Positions 38,475 through 47,231 are shown, counted from the first letter of the stretch. The stretch: DNA of 64,000 nucleotides from an uncultured bacterium (GCA_965371225.1 CBDUXP010000001.1:146111-210110), one strand, 5' to 3'. Numbers and translations are program-made. The notes: a model not told the origin generated them from the letters alone.

Positions 38475-38957
38475 TCAGGGCCAGGCGGGGCGCTTCCCAC
38501 CGTCGTACGGTTTCGCCAGGCCGGCACGCAGCAGCGCCTGGCCGAGGTCCTGGCCGTCCACCTCCACGTCGGCTACCAGGCGAAAGTATTTTCCGCGGCG
38601 CACGTGGTGCAGTTGGATTCGCTCGGCGCCCCACAGCCGGTCCGCGGTGTACGCCTTGGCCGTGACCGCCATCGCCCGCACCTTCGGCCGCTTGTCGCGC
38701 AATTCGGGTGTGTCGATGCCCGCCACGCGCACGCGGATGCCGTCGCCCACGATGGGCGGCCAGCCCTCCACGTCGGCGCGGAAACTATCCCCGTCGTACA
38801 CGGACCGGACCCGGTGGACTCGCGCGGACCCGTAGTCGCTCTGACGGCCCGCGTGGGCCCAGACGGGAGCGGCGAGCACCGCGGCTGCGACCAACAGGCC
38901 AGCCCGCCGGCGCGTCCGCTTCTCCGTCGGGCGGCTGCGTACGTCCCTAAAACCCAA
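38475..38957 (-). CDS. Thermonuclease (SNase-like) family protein, secreted
   Basis: SNase motif IRVRVAGIDTPE and an N-terminal signal peptide. Confidence 0.55.
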   Translation of the reverse strand: MGFRDVRSRPTEKRTRRRAGLLVAAAVLAAPVWAHAGRQSDYGSARVHRVRSVYDGDSFRADVEGWPPIVGDGIRVRVAGIDTPELRDKRPKVRAMAVTAKAYTADRLWGAERIQLHHVRRGKYFRLVADVEVDGQDLGQALLRAGLAKPYDGGKRPAWP

Positions 38958-39990
38958 ACTCTTGTTGGGCCGATGGGATGCGGAACGTGGCGGGGGGATC
39001 GGGCGGGGGCTGCTGATTGAAGCCCAGGCGCTCCGCGTGCAGGTGGAACAGCCGCTGCAGGCTGTCCCAATAGGTGCCGCGGCCGACCATGCGCGCGCCG
39101 AACCGCCATTCGTTTAGCTTGTTGCCGCCGCGCACTTCACGCACGCGACTGAGGATGCGGTCCGCGCGCAGGGGGAGCCGCTCCCGAATCCCCGCCTCGA
39201 ACACGTCCTTCACAGTCTGGGGCAGCCGCAGGCAGATAAAGCTGGCATCGGTCGCGCCGGCGTCGCGCGCGGCGGCGAGCAGTCCCGGGATATCCGCATC
39301 GTTCAGCCCCGGGATGATCGGCGCGATGAGCACTCCCACGGAAAGGCCCGCCTCTGCCAAAGTGCGGATCGCATCCAGACGCTTCTGGGGCGGCGCGGCC
39401 AGCGGCTCGATGACCCGGGCCAAGTCGCGATCCAGAAAAGTGAGGCTGACGACGACTTTCACGGCCGCGCGCGCGTGCAACGCCTGCAGGACGTCCAGGT
39501 CCCGCGTCACCAGGTGGGATTTGGTGACGATCGCGACGGGATTGCGGAAGGCGGCGCAGACTTCGAGACACCGTCGCGTCAGCCGCCATTCCGCCTCCAG
39601 GGGTTGATAGCAGTCGGTGTTACCGCTGAAGGCGATGCACTCCCCCCGCCAAGTCCGCTTGGTCCGGAACTCGCGCTCGAGCAATTCCGGCGCGTTGACC
39701 TTGACGATGATGCGCCGCTCGAAATCGCGGCCGGCGCTCATGTCCCAATACTCGTGGGTCGGCCGCGCGTAACAGTAGATACAGCCGTGCTGGCAGCCCC
39801 GGTACGGATTCACGCTCCAGTCGAAGCCCACGTCCGGGCTGTCGTTCCGCGTCAGAATGGTGTTGGGGCGTTCCTTGATGACCTCCACCGGCACGTCGTC
39901 CGGCGGCGCCTCCCAGTCGATGTGGTGTGCCTGAAAGGCCGTGTCGGGATTCGGGAGGGGCGCGTACTGCCGTCGCCGGTGGACGGGCAC
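38947..39990 (-). CDS. Radical SAM protein (SPL/PA0069-type 'DNA repair photolyase-like' subfamily)
   Basis: CxxxCxYC cluster motif (YRGCQHGCIYCYARP) and a C-terminal domain typical of this subfamily. Confidence 0.55.
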   Translation of the reverse strand: MPVHRRRQYAPLPNPDTAFQAHHIDWEAPPDDVPVEVIKERPNTILTRNDSPDVGFDWSVNPYRGCQHGCIYCYARPTHEYWDMSAGRDFERRIIVKVNAPELLEREFRTKRTWRGECIAFSGNTDCYQPLEAEWRLTRRCLEVCAAFRNPVAIVTKSHLVTRDLDVLQALHARAAVKVVVSLTFLDRDLARVIEPLAAPPQKRLDAIRTLAEAGLSVGVLIAPIIPGLNDADIPGLLAAARDAGATDASFICLRLPQTVKDVFEAGIRERLPLRADRILSRVREVRGGNKLNEWRFGARMVGRGTYWDSLQRLFHLHAERLGFNQQPPPDPPATFRIPSAQQEFGF

Positions 39991-39998
39991 GGACGGCG

Positions 39999-40433
39999 CT
40001 ACTCGGCCGGGCAGCGCACTTCGACGTCGAGGCCGTTGGGATCGCGGCAGGTGAACGTGCGGCGCCAGCTGCCGCCCTCCAGCACATGCTGGGGCTCGCC
40101 GACGGCGAAGCCCGCCCGGCGGCAGAGGGACTCCCGCAGCGAGTGCAGCTCGTCCGCGGTCTGCAGCTCGAAGGCCAGGTGGGCGAAGGGGCTGACCCGC
40201 TGCGCCTCGTTCTGCGCCTGGTCCCAGGACTCTCCGCTGGTGAAGATCACGGCAGCGTTCCCGCCCTCGTAGACCAGCGCGCCGATGCCGTCATCGACCC
40301 GGCGCCAGCCCAGGAACGCCATCAGCGCGTCCCAAAAACGCGCGGCGGCAGCCAAATCCGCCACCACGAACTCCACCGTTCGGCGATCGACCTGTGTCTC
40401 TAGCACACGGCTCTGGGTTTCCATTGTAATCAC
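39999..40433 (-). CDS. VOC/glyoxalase-like domain protein
   Basis: Small βαβββ-like pattern (…HLAFELQTADELHSLRESL…DPNGLDVEV…). Confidence 0.4.
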   Translation of the reverse strand: MITMETQSRVLETQVDRRTVEFVVADLAAAARFWDALMAFLGWRRVDDGIGALVYEGGNAAVIFTSGESWDQAQNEAQRVSPFAHLAFELQTADELHSLRESLCRRAGFAVGEPQHVLEGGSWRRTFTCRDPNGLDVEVRCPAE

Positions 40434-40644
40434 CTACCTCCACTATCGGCAGCTTCGTATCAACCTAAAGTCAGCTCGCGCCTGGCCCCCAGTGCCAGGC
40501 TCCACTGCGTGATGCCTATATATAATGATAGCGTACAAATGACGAAATTACAAATAAAAAGCGAAAGTTACTTCCCGCACTGGTAAGCGTGAGCCTGCCA
40601 ACGCGATAGGCCCCTTGGAGCGCCGCGCGCCGAGGCCAGCGAGC

Positions 40645-41253
40645 CTAGAAGCCCGAGGCGGCGCTGTCGGGAGGATCGTCGTCCAGATGGGCGGTGCAGT
40701 TGAGCAGCCGCACCTGCCAGGGGGGCGTGGCGTCGACCGTGGTCAGGGAGGTATTCGCCCAGCCGTCGGGCCTGGCCCAGCCGTCGGGCAGGGTGAGATG
40801 GCGCTCCGTCAGGACGCGGCAGACGAGCCCATGGGTCACCACCGCCAAGTGGCCCTCGAGCCCGGCCAGGGCCCGGCGGATGCTCTCCCACGCCCGGCCG
40901 ACGCGGCGGTGAAAGACTTCCCAGGTTTCGCCCGCCGGGGGCGCGTAGCCGGGAGCAAAGATGTCGATGCCCACAGCCTCATACTCGCGGCCCCGAAGGT
41001 CGCCGAAGTTCCGCTCGTGCAAGAGCGCGTCGTGCGCCACCGGCGCCCCCGTGGCCGCCTGGACGCAGTCTGCGGTCATGGCCGCGCGGGCGAGATCGCT
41101 CGACAGAATGCGGGTCACCCCCGCATCGGCCAGCCGGTGCCCCAGGCGCGTCGCCTGTTCCATCCCGCGCGCGCTCAGGGGCGTGTCCGGATTCTGGATA
41201 ATCTGCCGGGCGTTCGAGTCCGTCTCCCCGTGGCGGATAAGAAAGATGGCCAT
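40645..41253 (-). CDS. Histidine phosphatase family protein (phosphoglycerate-mutase-like)
   Basis: LIRHGETDSN catalytic motif. …VVTHG… second His region. Confidence 0.65.
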   Translation of the reverse strand: MAIFLIRHGETDSNARQIIQNPDTPLSARGMEQATRLGHRLADAGVTRILSSDLARAAMTADCVQAATGAPVAHDALLHERNFGDLRGREYEAVGIDIFAPGYAPPAGETWEVFHRRVGRAWESIRRALAGLEGHLAVVTHGLVCRVLTERHLTLPDGWARPDGWANTSLTTVDATPPWQVRLLNCTAHLDDDPPDSAASGF

Positions 41254-41388
41254 GGCGCGTCAGCCTAGCAGACCGCCCGCAGGGGCGCCGCGGGGCCGCT
41301 CCGGCCGCCTCGGGTATACTGCCGCGCGCTGGTGGTGGGGATGGACGGTGGTTTAGACGGCTCAGAGGGGCTGGAGGAGTACACGGTA

Positions 41389-42177
41389 ATGCAGTTACAA
41401 GACAAAGTCGCGGTGGTGACCGGCGGGGCGTCGGGCATGGGCGAGGCCATGGTCCGGCGGTTTGCGGCCGAAGGGGCCAAAGTCTACGCGGGCGACGTGA
41501 ACGGGGATGGGGTCGCGGTGCTGGCGGAAGAGCTGGGCGGCGACGTGAAGAGCATGCGCAGCGACGTGACGCAGGAAGCGGACGTGCGCGCCCTGGTGGA
41601 GTCGGCAGTGGACGAGTGGGGCCGGCTGGACATCATCTGCAACAACGCGGGCATCGAAATCCTGGCGCCCACTATCGCGACCAGCAATGAGGACTGGGCC
41701 CGGGTGCTGGCCGTGAATCTGACTGGCGTGTTCTACGGCTGCCGGGCGGCGCTGGAACAGATGGTGCCCAACGGCGGCGGCGCGATCATCAACACCGCCA
41801 GCGTGGCGGGCACGTGGGCGGCGCCGGGGCTGGCGGCCTACGCGGCGACCAAGGGGGGCGTGGTGCAGCTCACGCGCGCCATGGCGCTTGAAAACGCGCC
41901 GTTCGGCGTGCGGTGCAACGCCATCTGTCCCGGCCTAATCGATACGTCCATGTACGACCGCACGGTCGCAGCCGTGGGCGACCCGGCCGCGGACGAGCGG
42001 CTGCAGGCGGCGGTCCCCGCGGGACGCCTGGGGCGACCGGAAGAAATCGCGGCGCTCGCCGCGTTCCTCGCCAGCGACGCGGGGGCGTACATCACCGGCC
42101 AAGCGCTGGTCATCGACGGCGGGCTAACGCTGCGCACGCTGCAAGCGAACCTGGGCCTCCAGCCGCAGGAAGCGTAG
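41389..42177 (+). CDS. SDR-family oxidoreductase
   Basis: TGGASGMG cofactor motif. N[AI]G plus a YxxxK region. RBS GGAGGAG 9 nt upstream of ATG 41389. Confidence 0.75.
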   Translation: MQLQDKVAVVTGGASGMGEAMVRRFAAEGAKVYAGDVNGDGVAVLAEELGGDVKSMRSDVTQEADVRALVESAVDEWGRLDIICNNAGIEILAPTIATSNEDWARVLAVNLTGVFYGCRAALEQMVPNGGGAIINTASVAGTWAAPGLAAYAATKGGVVQLTRAMALENAPFGVRCNAICPGLIDTSMYDRTVAAVGDPAADERLQAAVPAGRLGRPEEIAALAAFLASDAGAYITGQALVIDGGLTLRTLQANLGLQPQEA

Positions 42178-42235
42178 GCGTCTCTTCGTCCCGCGTAGGG
42201 GCGCGATTGATCGCGCCCGACCCGATGGGCGGCCC

Positions 42236-42874
42236 CTACGGGGCGGGGTTCGGGCGGCCGGTGAGGGCTTCGAGGGCGGCTTCGGCCGCCTTGGCGGCTT
42301 CGATGATCTCGGCTTCGCCGCCGCCGAGGTAGAGGCGGCCGAACGCGCCAAAGGTCATCACTTCGAGCACATTGATGGGTGACGCCTTCTCCGCCTCGTT
42401 ACATGCGATGGCGGCGTACCCCGCGGGGTGCGTCTCCAGGATGTACAGCGCGTCGTTCTTCAGCAGCATGTCCCCGTGGCGCATCCGGTTGATGAGCGCG
42501 CTCTGCCGGTCGGTCATGCCGGTGATGATCTCGCGGGACACGACGCGCGGCGCGAGCCGGTCCTCGTCCGTCAGTCCGAAGTAGTCGAGGATCGCGGCGC
42601 CCGCAGCGCGAATCTGGCCCTGGTCCTCGTGGTGCATCTCCAGGAGGCCGAAGGCGCGCTCGACGATCTGCATGCCGGGCACGACCGCGGTCTGCTTGAG
42701 CGCCACGTCGGTCGCCGTGTTGATCTGCAGGCCGGGCGCGATCTCCACGTAGAGCGCCGCTTGCTGTTCGAGCGGCAGGAACCCCTGCGAGACGGTTTGA
42801 ATGAACGACGCGAGTTGCGGCTGCAGGATGTCGATGTACGTGAAGGTACGAAGGTCGATGCCGGCGGCGCTCAT
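42236..42874 (-). CDS. BMC-T shell protein (tandem, non-permuted BMC domains)
   Basis: Two internally homologous halves. The second (…ILETHPAGYAAIACNEAEKASPINVLEVMTFGAFGRLYLGGGEAEIIEAAKAA…) aligns by eye to the BMC-H at 46096..46404. ATG 42874 is 1 nt after the aldolase stop. RBS GGAGG. Confidence 0.55.
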   Translation of the reverse strand: MSAAGIDLRTFTYIDILQPQLASFIQTVSQGFLPLEQQAALYVEIAPGLQINTATDVALKQTAVVPGMQIVERAFGLLEMHHEDQGQIRAAGAAILDYFGLTDEDRLAPRVVSREIITGMTDRQSALINRMRHGDMLLKNDALYILETHPAGYAAIACNEAEKASPINVLEVMTFGAFGRLYLGGGEAEIIEAAKAAEAALEALTGRPNPAP

Positions 42875-42875
42875 G

Positions 42876-43745
42876 TCATGCCTCCGCGCGTGCCAGGGCG
42901 CGGCCCACTGCATCGACGATAACTTGCATCGTCTGCTCGTCCACGTTCGGGATCGTGGCGGCCACCGGCGCGGCCGCTGCCGGCGCACACACCGCCGGTC
43001 CTGGCGTCGGCGACGGGTCGTCTGCCGGGATCGCGAACGGTTGCAGCTTCCCGTTCGGGCACGCGTTGCAGTGCTCGCAGCCCAGGGCCACGGGGCGCCG
43101 CGGCAGGCCCAGGCCGTCGCCGATTTCCTGCAGTTGGCGAATCTGTTCCGGGGTCAGCGGTTGCACCTCGCCGAGCTGGCGGGCGGCGTGCGTAATCTGC
43201 GCCACGTGCTCCATCCGTTCGAGCTTCATGTACGCGTCCATCAGGTCCACACCCACGGTGAGGCTGCCGTGGCGTTCGAGGATCATCGCATCGAAATCGC
43301 CGATGTACTTTTTGATCGCCGCCGGTACTTCGTCGGTCGTGGGCGCGCTGTACGGCGCCGTGGGGATCACGCCGAACGTGAACACGATCTCGGGCAGCAG
43401 GCATTGCGCGAGGGTCTGGCCGGCGACGGAAAACGCGATGCAGTACGTGGGGTGCATGTGCACCACGGCGTTCACGTCCGGCCGCTCCTCGTAGACCGCC
43501 ACGTGCATGGGCATCTCCGTGGTGACGGGGTGCGCCCCCGCCATGCGCCGGCCGCGCATGTCGCAGATCACCAGATCGCTCGGCTTGAGGAATCCTTTGT
43601 GCAGGCCGCTCGGCGTGGAGAGAATCCGGTCGCGGCCGAGCCGCACGGACACGTTGCCGTCCGTGGCCGAGAGCCATCCGCGCTCGTAGGCCCAGCGGCA
43701 GACTTCGCAGATTTGCGCGCGCAGCGCGTGCAAGGGTTGGATCAT
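42876..43745 (-). CDS. Class II aldolase/adducin-family aldolase (FucA/RhaD-like) with C-terminal extension resembling a BMC encapsulation peptide
   Basis: Zn-ligand region VVHMHPTYCIAFSV. 289 aa versus about 215 for FucA. The tail has a Pro/Ala-rich linker followed by amphipathic helix EQTMQVIVDAVGRALARAEA. Confidence 0.65.
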   Translation of the reverse strand: MIQPLHALRAQICEVCRWAYERGWLSATDGNVSVRLGRDRILSTPSGLHKGFLKPSDLVICDMRGRRMAGAHPVTTEMPMHVAVYEERPDVNAVVHMHPTYCIAFSVAGQTLAQCLLPEIVFTFGVIPTAPYSAPTTDEVPAAIKKYIGDFDAMILERHGSLTVGVDLMDAYMKLERMEHVAQITHAARQLGEVQPLTPEQIRQLQEIGDGLGLPRRPVALGCEHCNACPNGKLQPFAIPADDPSPTPGPAVCAPAAAAPVAATIPNVDEQTMQVIVDAVGRALARAEA

Positions 43746-44023
43746 GCGGGCGCGCCCGTGCGGTCAATCGCGTCGACGATCCCGGCGATTACACAGTGGA
43801 CAGGCGATTGCGCGTCTCCGACCACCTGACGGGCGGCGTTCCCCTCGGGCACGATCAGCACGAGGTCCCCCTCGCCGGCCTGCACGGAATCCACCGCGAG
43901 CATGGTCTGGCCATCCGCCCGTCCGTCGGCGTCCAGCGGTTGCACCACCATTATCTTGTGGCCGCGGTAAATGGGATGCTTCACCGTGCTCTGCACGTTC
44001 CCGACGACGGTGGCGAGCTTCAC
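43742..44023 (-). CDS. BMC-P vertex protein (EutN/CcmL/PduN family)
   Basis: VKLATVVGNVQSTVKHP…GHKIMVVQPLD…VDSVQAGEGDLVLIV is a typical pentamer signature. GTG start overlaps the upstream stop (GTGA). Stop overlaps the aldolase ATG (ATGA). Confidence 0.65.
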   Translation of the reverse strand: MKLATVVGNVQSTVKHPIYRGHKIMVVQPLDADGRADGQTMLAVDSVQAGEGDLVLIVPEGNAARQVVGDAQSPVHCVIAGIVDAIDRTGAPA

Positions 44024-44307
44024 GGGGCGGCCTCCACCGGCATGGCGTAGAGCGAGTCGACGATGCCGACGATGCCCGAGTCCACCGGCACGAACCACTC
44101 GGGCAGCGCGTAACACGCTTCGCGCCCGTGGCAGAGCATCACGAGATCGCCCGGCCCGCTCTGCTCGGCCCCGTCGGGTACCACGATGGGTTCGCCCTTG
44201 GCGTGCCGCTCGTGATCCACCGGCTGCACGACCAGCAGCTTCACGCCGGCCAGCCCCGGCGTCTTACGCGAGGCGACGACGCGCCCGATGACTTGCGCGA
44301 GATGCAT
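44020..44307 (-). CDS. BMC-P vertex protein (EutN/CcmL/PduN family)
   Basis: MHLAQVIGRVVASRKTPGLAGVKLLVVQPVD…GPGDLVMLCHG. ATG 44307 lies just after the ALDH stop (44310). Confidence 0.65.
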   Translation of the reverse strand: MHLAQVIGRVVASRKTPGLAGVKLLVVQPVDHERHAKGEPIVVPDGAEQSGPGDLVMLCHGREACYALPEWFVPVDSGIVGIVDSLYAMPVEAAP

Positions 44308-44309
44308 GG

Positions 44310-45749
44310 TTACACGATCCGGAAGTGGTCTTTGAGCGTGCAGCGCCGCTCGCGGGTGAAGTGGACCGCGGTGGTCAGCCCCTCGCCCGTCGGACTCGCA
44401 ATGGTGAACGAGGTGTAACCCTCGCCGCGGTAACCGAGGCCGGACAGGCTCGACCCGTTTTTCACAAAGATGCTCGTATTGATGACCGCCGCCATCCGGC
44501 TGAGGCTGTCGATATTGCGCGAGTGCATCACCGCCGTGTGGCCGAACCCGTGCTCTGCCTCCACCGCCAGGTCGATGGCGGTATCCACGTCGGGCACGCG
44601 CACGAGCGGGATCAGCGGCATCATGAGTTCCATCTGCACCAGCGGATGCTCGAACGGCACTTCGGCCAGGATCATGCGCAGGTCGTGCCCCGCGTCGACC
44701 CCGATCTCCCGCAACAGGCAGCACGCGTCCCGGCCCACCCATGCGCGATTGATGGCACCGTGCGGGTTATCCGGCGACGGCGGCTCGGTCACCACCACTT
44801 GCGTGATGGCATCGATTTGCGCCTCGGTGAGTTCCACCGCGCTAATCGCTTTGAGTTCCGCCTTGAGGTCGTCAGCAATACTGTCGACCGCGAGGATCTC
44901 CTTTTCCGCCACGCAGATGATGTTGTTGTCCGTGGTGCAGCCTTCGATCAGAAACTGCGCGGCCGAGGGCAGGTCGGCCGTCTCGTCCACCACCGCGGGC
45001 GGGTTGCCCGGGCCGGCGGCGATGACCTTTTTGTCGCTGTTCATCGCCTCGCGCACCACGCCCGGCCCACCCGTCACCACGAGCAACCGAACGGCCGGGT
45101 GGCGCATGAGGGCTTGCGCGGTGGGGATCGTCGGTTCGGCCACCGAGGTCAACACGTTGGCCGGCCCGCCGGCGCGCTGAATAGCGCGGTTGAGAACATC
45201 GATGGTGAACAGGGACACGGCCGTCGCCGACGGGTGCGCGTTGAACACGACCGCGTTTCCGCCGGCGACCATCCCGATGGCGTTGCAGAGGATCGTCTCC
45301 GTGGGATTCGTGCAGGGCGTGATGGACCCGATGACGCCGTACGGGGCCCGCTCGGTCAGCATGAGGCCGTGGTCGCCGGTGCACGCCGCCGTCCGCAGGA
45401 TCTCCGGCCCCGGGGTCTTGTCGATGACGAGCCGGTTCTTGATCACCTTGTCCTCGGCGCGCCCGAGCCCCGATTCGTCCACCGCCATTTGGGCGATGGC
45501 GGGCACGATCTCATGCGCCGCGCGGCGCATCTCCGCGATGATGCGGGTCCGCCGCTCGAGCGACTGAGCGCGGAGGGCGGCCGCCGCGTCGTGCGCCGCC
45601 TGACAGGCGTCGTCCATCCGGGTAAACACCCCCTGATACCCGGCGGACGATTGCGCGGCGGCGACCGCCCCATTCCCCTCCGCGGTCAGGCGCGCGACCA
45701 CCTGCTCCACGACGGCAGTGATCTGGTCGCGGCTCAGCGTCGCGCGCAC
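44310..45749 (-). CDS. CoA-acylating aldehyde dehydrogenase (EutE/PduP-like) with N-terminal encapsulation-peptide-like helix
   Basis: ALDH superfamily with the EutE/PduP pattern (…IGSITPCTNPTETILCNAIGMVAGGNAVVF…, …CTTDNNIICVAEKE…). N-terminal DQITAVVEQVVARL helix plus a Gly/Ala/Ser linker before the catalytic domain. GTG start. RBS GAGG. Confidence 0.75.
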   Translation of the reverse strand: MRATLSRDQITAVVEQVVARLTAEGNGAVAAAQSSAGYQGVFTRMDDACQAAHDAAAALRAQSLERRTRIIAEMRRAAHEIVPAIAQMAVDESGLGRAEDKVIKNRLVIDKTPGPEILRTAACTGDHGLMLTERAPYGVIGSITPCTNPTETILCNAIGMVAGGNAVVFNAHPSATAVSLFTIDVLNRAIQRAGGPANVLTSVAEPTIPTAQALMRHPAVRLLVVTGGPGVVREAMNSDKKVIAAGPGNPPAVVDETADLPSAAQFLIEGCTTDNNIICVAEKEILAVDSIADDLKAELKAISAVELTEAQIDAITQVVVTEPPSPDNPHGAINRAWVGRDACCLLREIGVDAGHDLRMILAEVPFEHPLVQMELMMPLIPLVRVPDVDTAIDLAVEAEHGFGHTAVMHSRNIDSLSRMAAVINTSIFVKNGSSLSGLGYRGEGYTSFTIASPTGEGLTTAVHFTRERRCTLKDHFRIV

Positions 45750-45759
45750 CTCTCAGCCC

Positions 45760-46074
45760 TCACACTCCGGCGGGTTCCGCCGCCGGATATTTCTCGAACA
45801 CCACCTCGCCGTCCAGGTCCCACGTGTCCACGATGGCCATGATGACCGCATCCACGGGCCGCGCATCGGTGAGGTCCGTCTGCCGCGCGGCCGAGCCGGT
45901 GGCGTACAACACCACTTCCCCAACGCCGGCACCGACGGCATCGACCGCCACGTGATATCCGTCTGCGGCCTGCGCGCGCACATCCAGGTTGCGCACGAGC
46001 AGTAATTTCAAGTCGAGGAGCCGCTCATCCTTGCGCGTGGCAACGACGGTGCCCTCGACGCGCCCAAACAGCAC
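45760..46074 (-). CDS. BMC-P vertex protein (EutN/CcmL/PduN family)
   Basis: MLFGRVEGTVVATRKDERLLDLKLLLV…VGAGVGEVVLYATGSAARQ. Confidence 0.65.
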   Translation of the reverse strand: MLFGRVEGTVVATRKDERLLDLKLLLVRNLDVRAQAADGYHVAVDAVGAGVGEVVLYATGSAARQTDLTDARPVDAVIMAIVDTWDLDGEVVFEKYPAAEPAGV

Positions 46075-46095
46075 GGTCGAGTCCTCGCGCCCGGC

Positions 46096-46404
46096 CTACG
46101 CGGCCGGCAGCGCGGCGGTCGCCGTGGGCCCGCGCCCGAGCGGCAGCCGCTCGTCGACATTCTCGTGGGGCCGCGGGATCACGTGGACGCTCACCAGCTC
46201 GCCGACCTTTTCGGCCGCGCGGCTGCCCGCCTCGGTGGCCGCTTTCACGGCAGCCACGTCGCCCCGGACCACCGCGGTGACGTATCCCCCGCCGATTTTC
46301 TCGTAGCCCACGAGTTCGACCCGCGCGGCTTTCGCCATGGCGTCCGAGGCTTCGACCATACCGACGAAGCCGCGGGTTTCGATCATGCCCAATGCATCTG
46401 ACAT
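46096..46404 (-). CDS. BMC-H hexameric shell protein (PduA/EutM/CcmK-like)
   Basis: [56 protein letters not shown] is the canonical BMC domain. RBS GGAGGAG. Confidence 0.85.
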   Translation of the reverse strand: MSDALGMIETRGFVGMVEASDAMAKAARVELVGYEKIGGGYVTAVVRGDVAAVKAATEAGSRAAEKVGELVSVHVIPRPHENVDERLPLGRGPTATAALPAA

Positions 46405-46583
46405 CTCATTACTCCTCCGCTGCAGGCGCCGCGGTTGTTAAGACCGGAATATGCAATGTGCGCCCGGTCGAGAAAAATCCCTGCGAGATCCTAGGGGCGA
46501 ATCGTGTATTCACCCATCGGGTGCGGGCGATCACAAGGATCGCCCCTACGGGAGAGAGGTGGGACATTGCACAGCCGTTCTCA

Positions 46584-47231
46584 CTAATTTGCGGCCGCTT
46601 CCCGGGCCTCTTCACCAAACGGAATACCTTCCACGCGTTCAAGCGCTGCGACGGCCGCTTCCGCCGCGGAGTCGATCTCCGCTTCGCCGCCGGACATGTG
46701 CAGCCGGCCGTACGCGCCATACGGGCGGACTTCCACCAGCTTCACGTCCGCCGCCTTCTCCGCCTCGTTCGCGGCGTACACCGCGTAGCCCGCGGGCTCC
46801 GTCTCCAGAATGAACAGGGATTCTCCCGGCAGGATCATCGACCCGTTGCGGTTCCGGTTGATGAGCTGGCATTGGTAGGGCTCGACGGCGCGGATGATCG
46901 TGTTCGAGACGATGTTCGGCTTCAGCCGGTCGGTCTCTTGCAGGCCGATGTGCCCGAGCACGGCGCGGCCCGCGCTGCGCACCTCGCCCTTGTCCATGTC
47001 GTGCACCTCGAGCAACCCGAACGCGCGTTCCACGATCTGAATGGCCGGCTGACAGGTGGTGGCCTTCAGCGCCACGTCGAGGACCCGATTGATCGCCAAG
47101 CCCGGGGCAATCTCCACGAACAGGGACCCCACGCCGGGGACCGGCAGGAAGCCCCGGGCCGTCGCCCCCATGAACGACGCCAACTGCGGCTGCAGGCTGT
47201 CCAGGAAGATGTAGGTGCGGAGCGTAGTCAT
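46584..47231 (-). CDS. BMC-T shell protein (tandem BMC domains), paralog of 42236..42874
   Basis: Same two-repeat architecture (…[23 protein letters not shown]…, …[55 protein letters not shown]…). Start taken at MTTLRTY (ATG 47231). Confidence 0.5.
   Translation of the reverse strand: MTTLRTYIFLDSLQPQLASFMGATARGFLPVPGVGSLFVEIAPGLAINRVLDVALKATTCQPAIQIVERAFGLLEVHDMDKGEVRSAGRAVLGHIGLQETDRLKPNIVSNTIIRAVEPYQCQLINRNRNGSMILPGESLFILETEPAGYAVYAANEAEKAADVKLVEVRPYGAYGRLHMSGGEAEIDSAAEAAVAALERVEGIPFGEEAREAAAN

Noticed and set aside
40484-40504. Hairpin with 7-bp stem and 7-nt loop considered as a possible tRNA anticodon arm
   Set aside because: No acceptor stem, D-arm or T-loop (GTTCRANYC) is evident in the surrounding sequence. 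Not a tRNA.
41389-42177. SDR gene as part of the BMC locus (possible lactaldehyde reductase)
   Set aside because: It is encoded on the opposite strand, convergent with the last BMC gene, and has no encapsulation-peptide-like extension. Treated as a neighbouring gene, though a functional link cannot be excluded.
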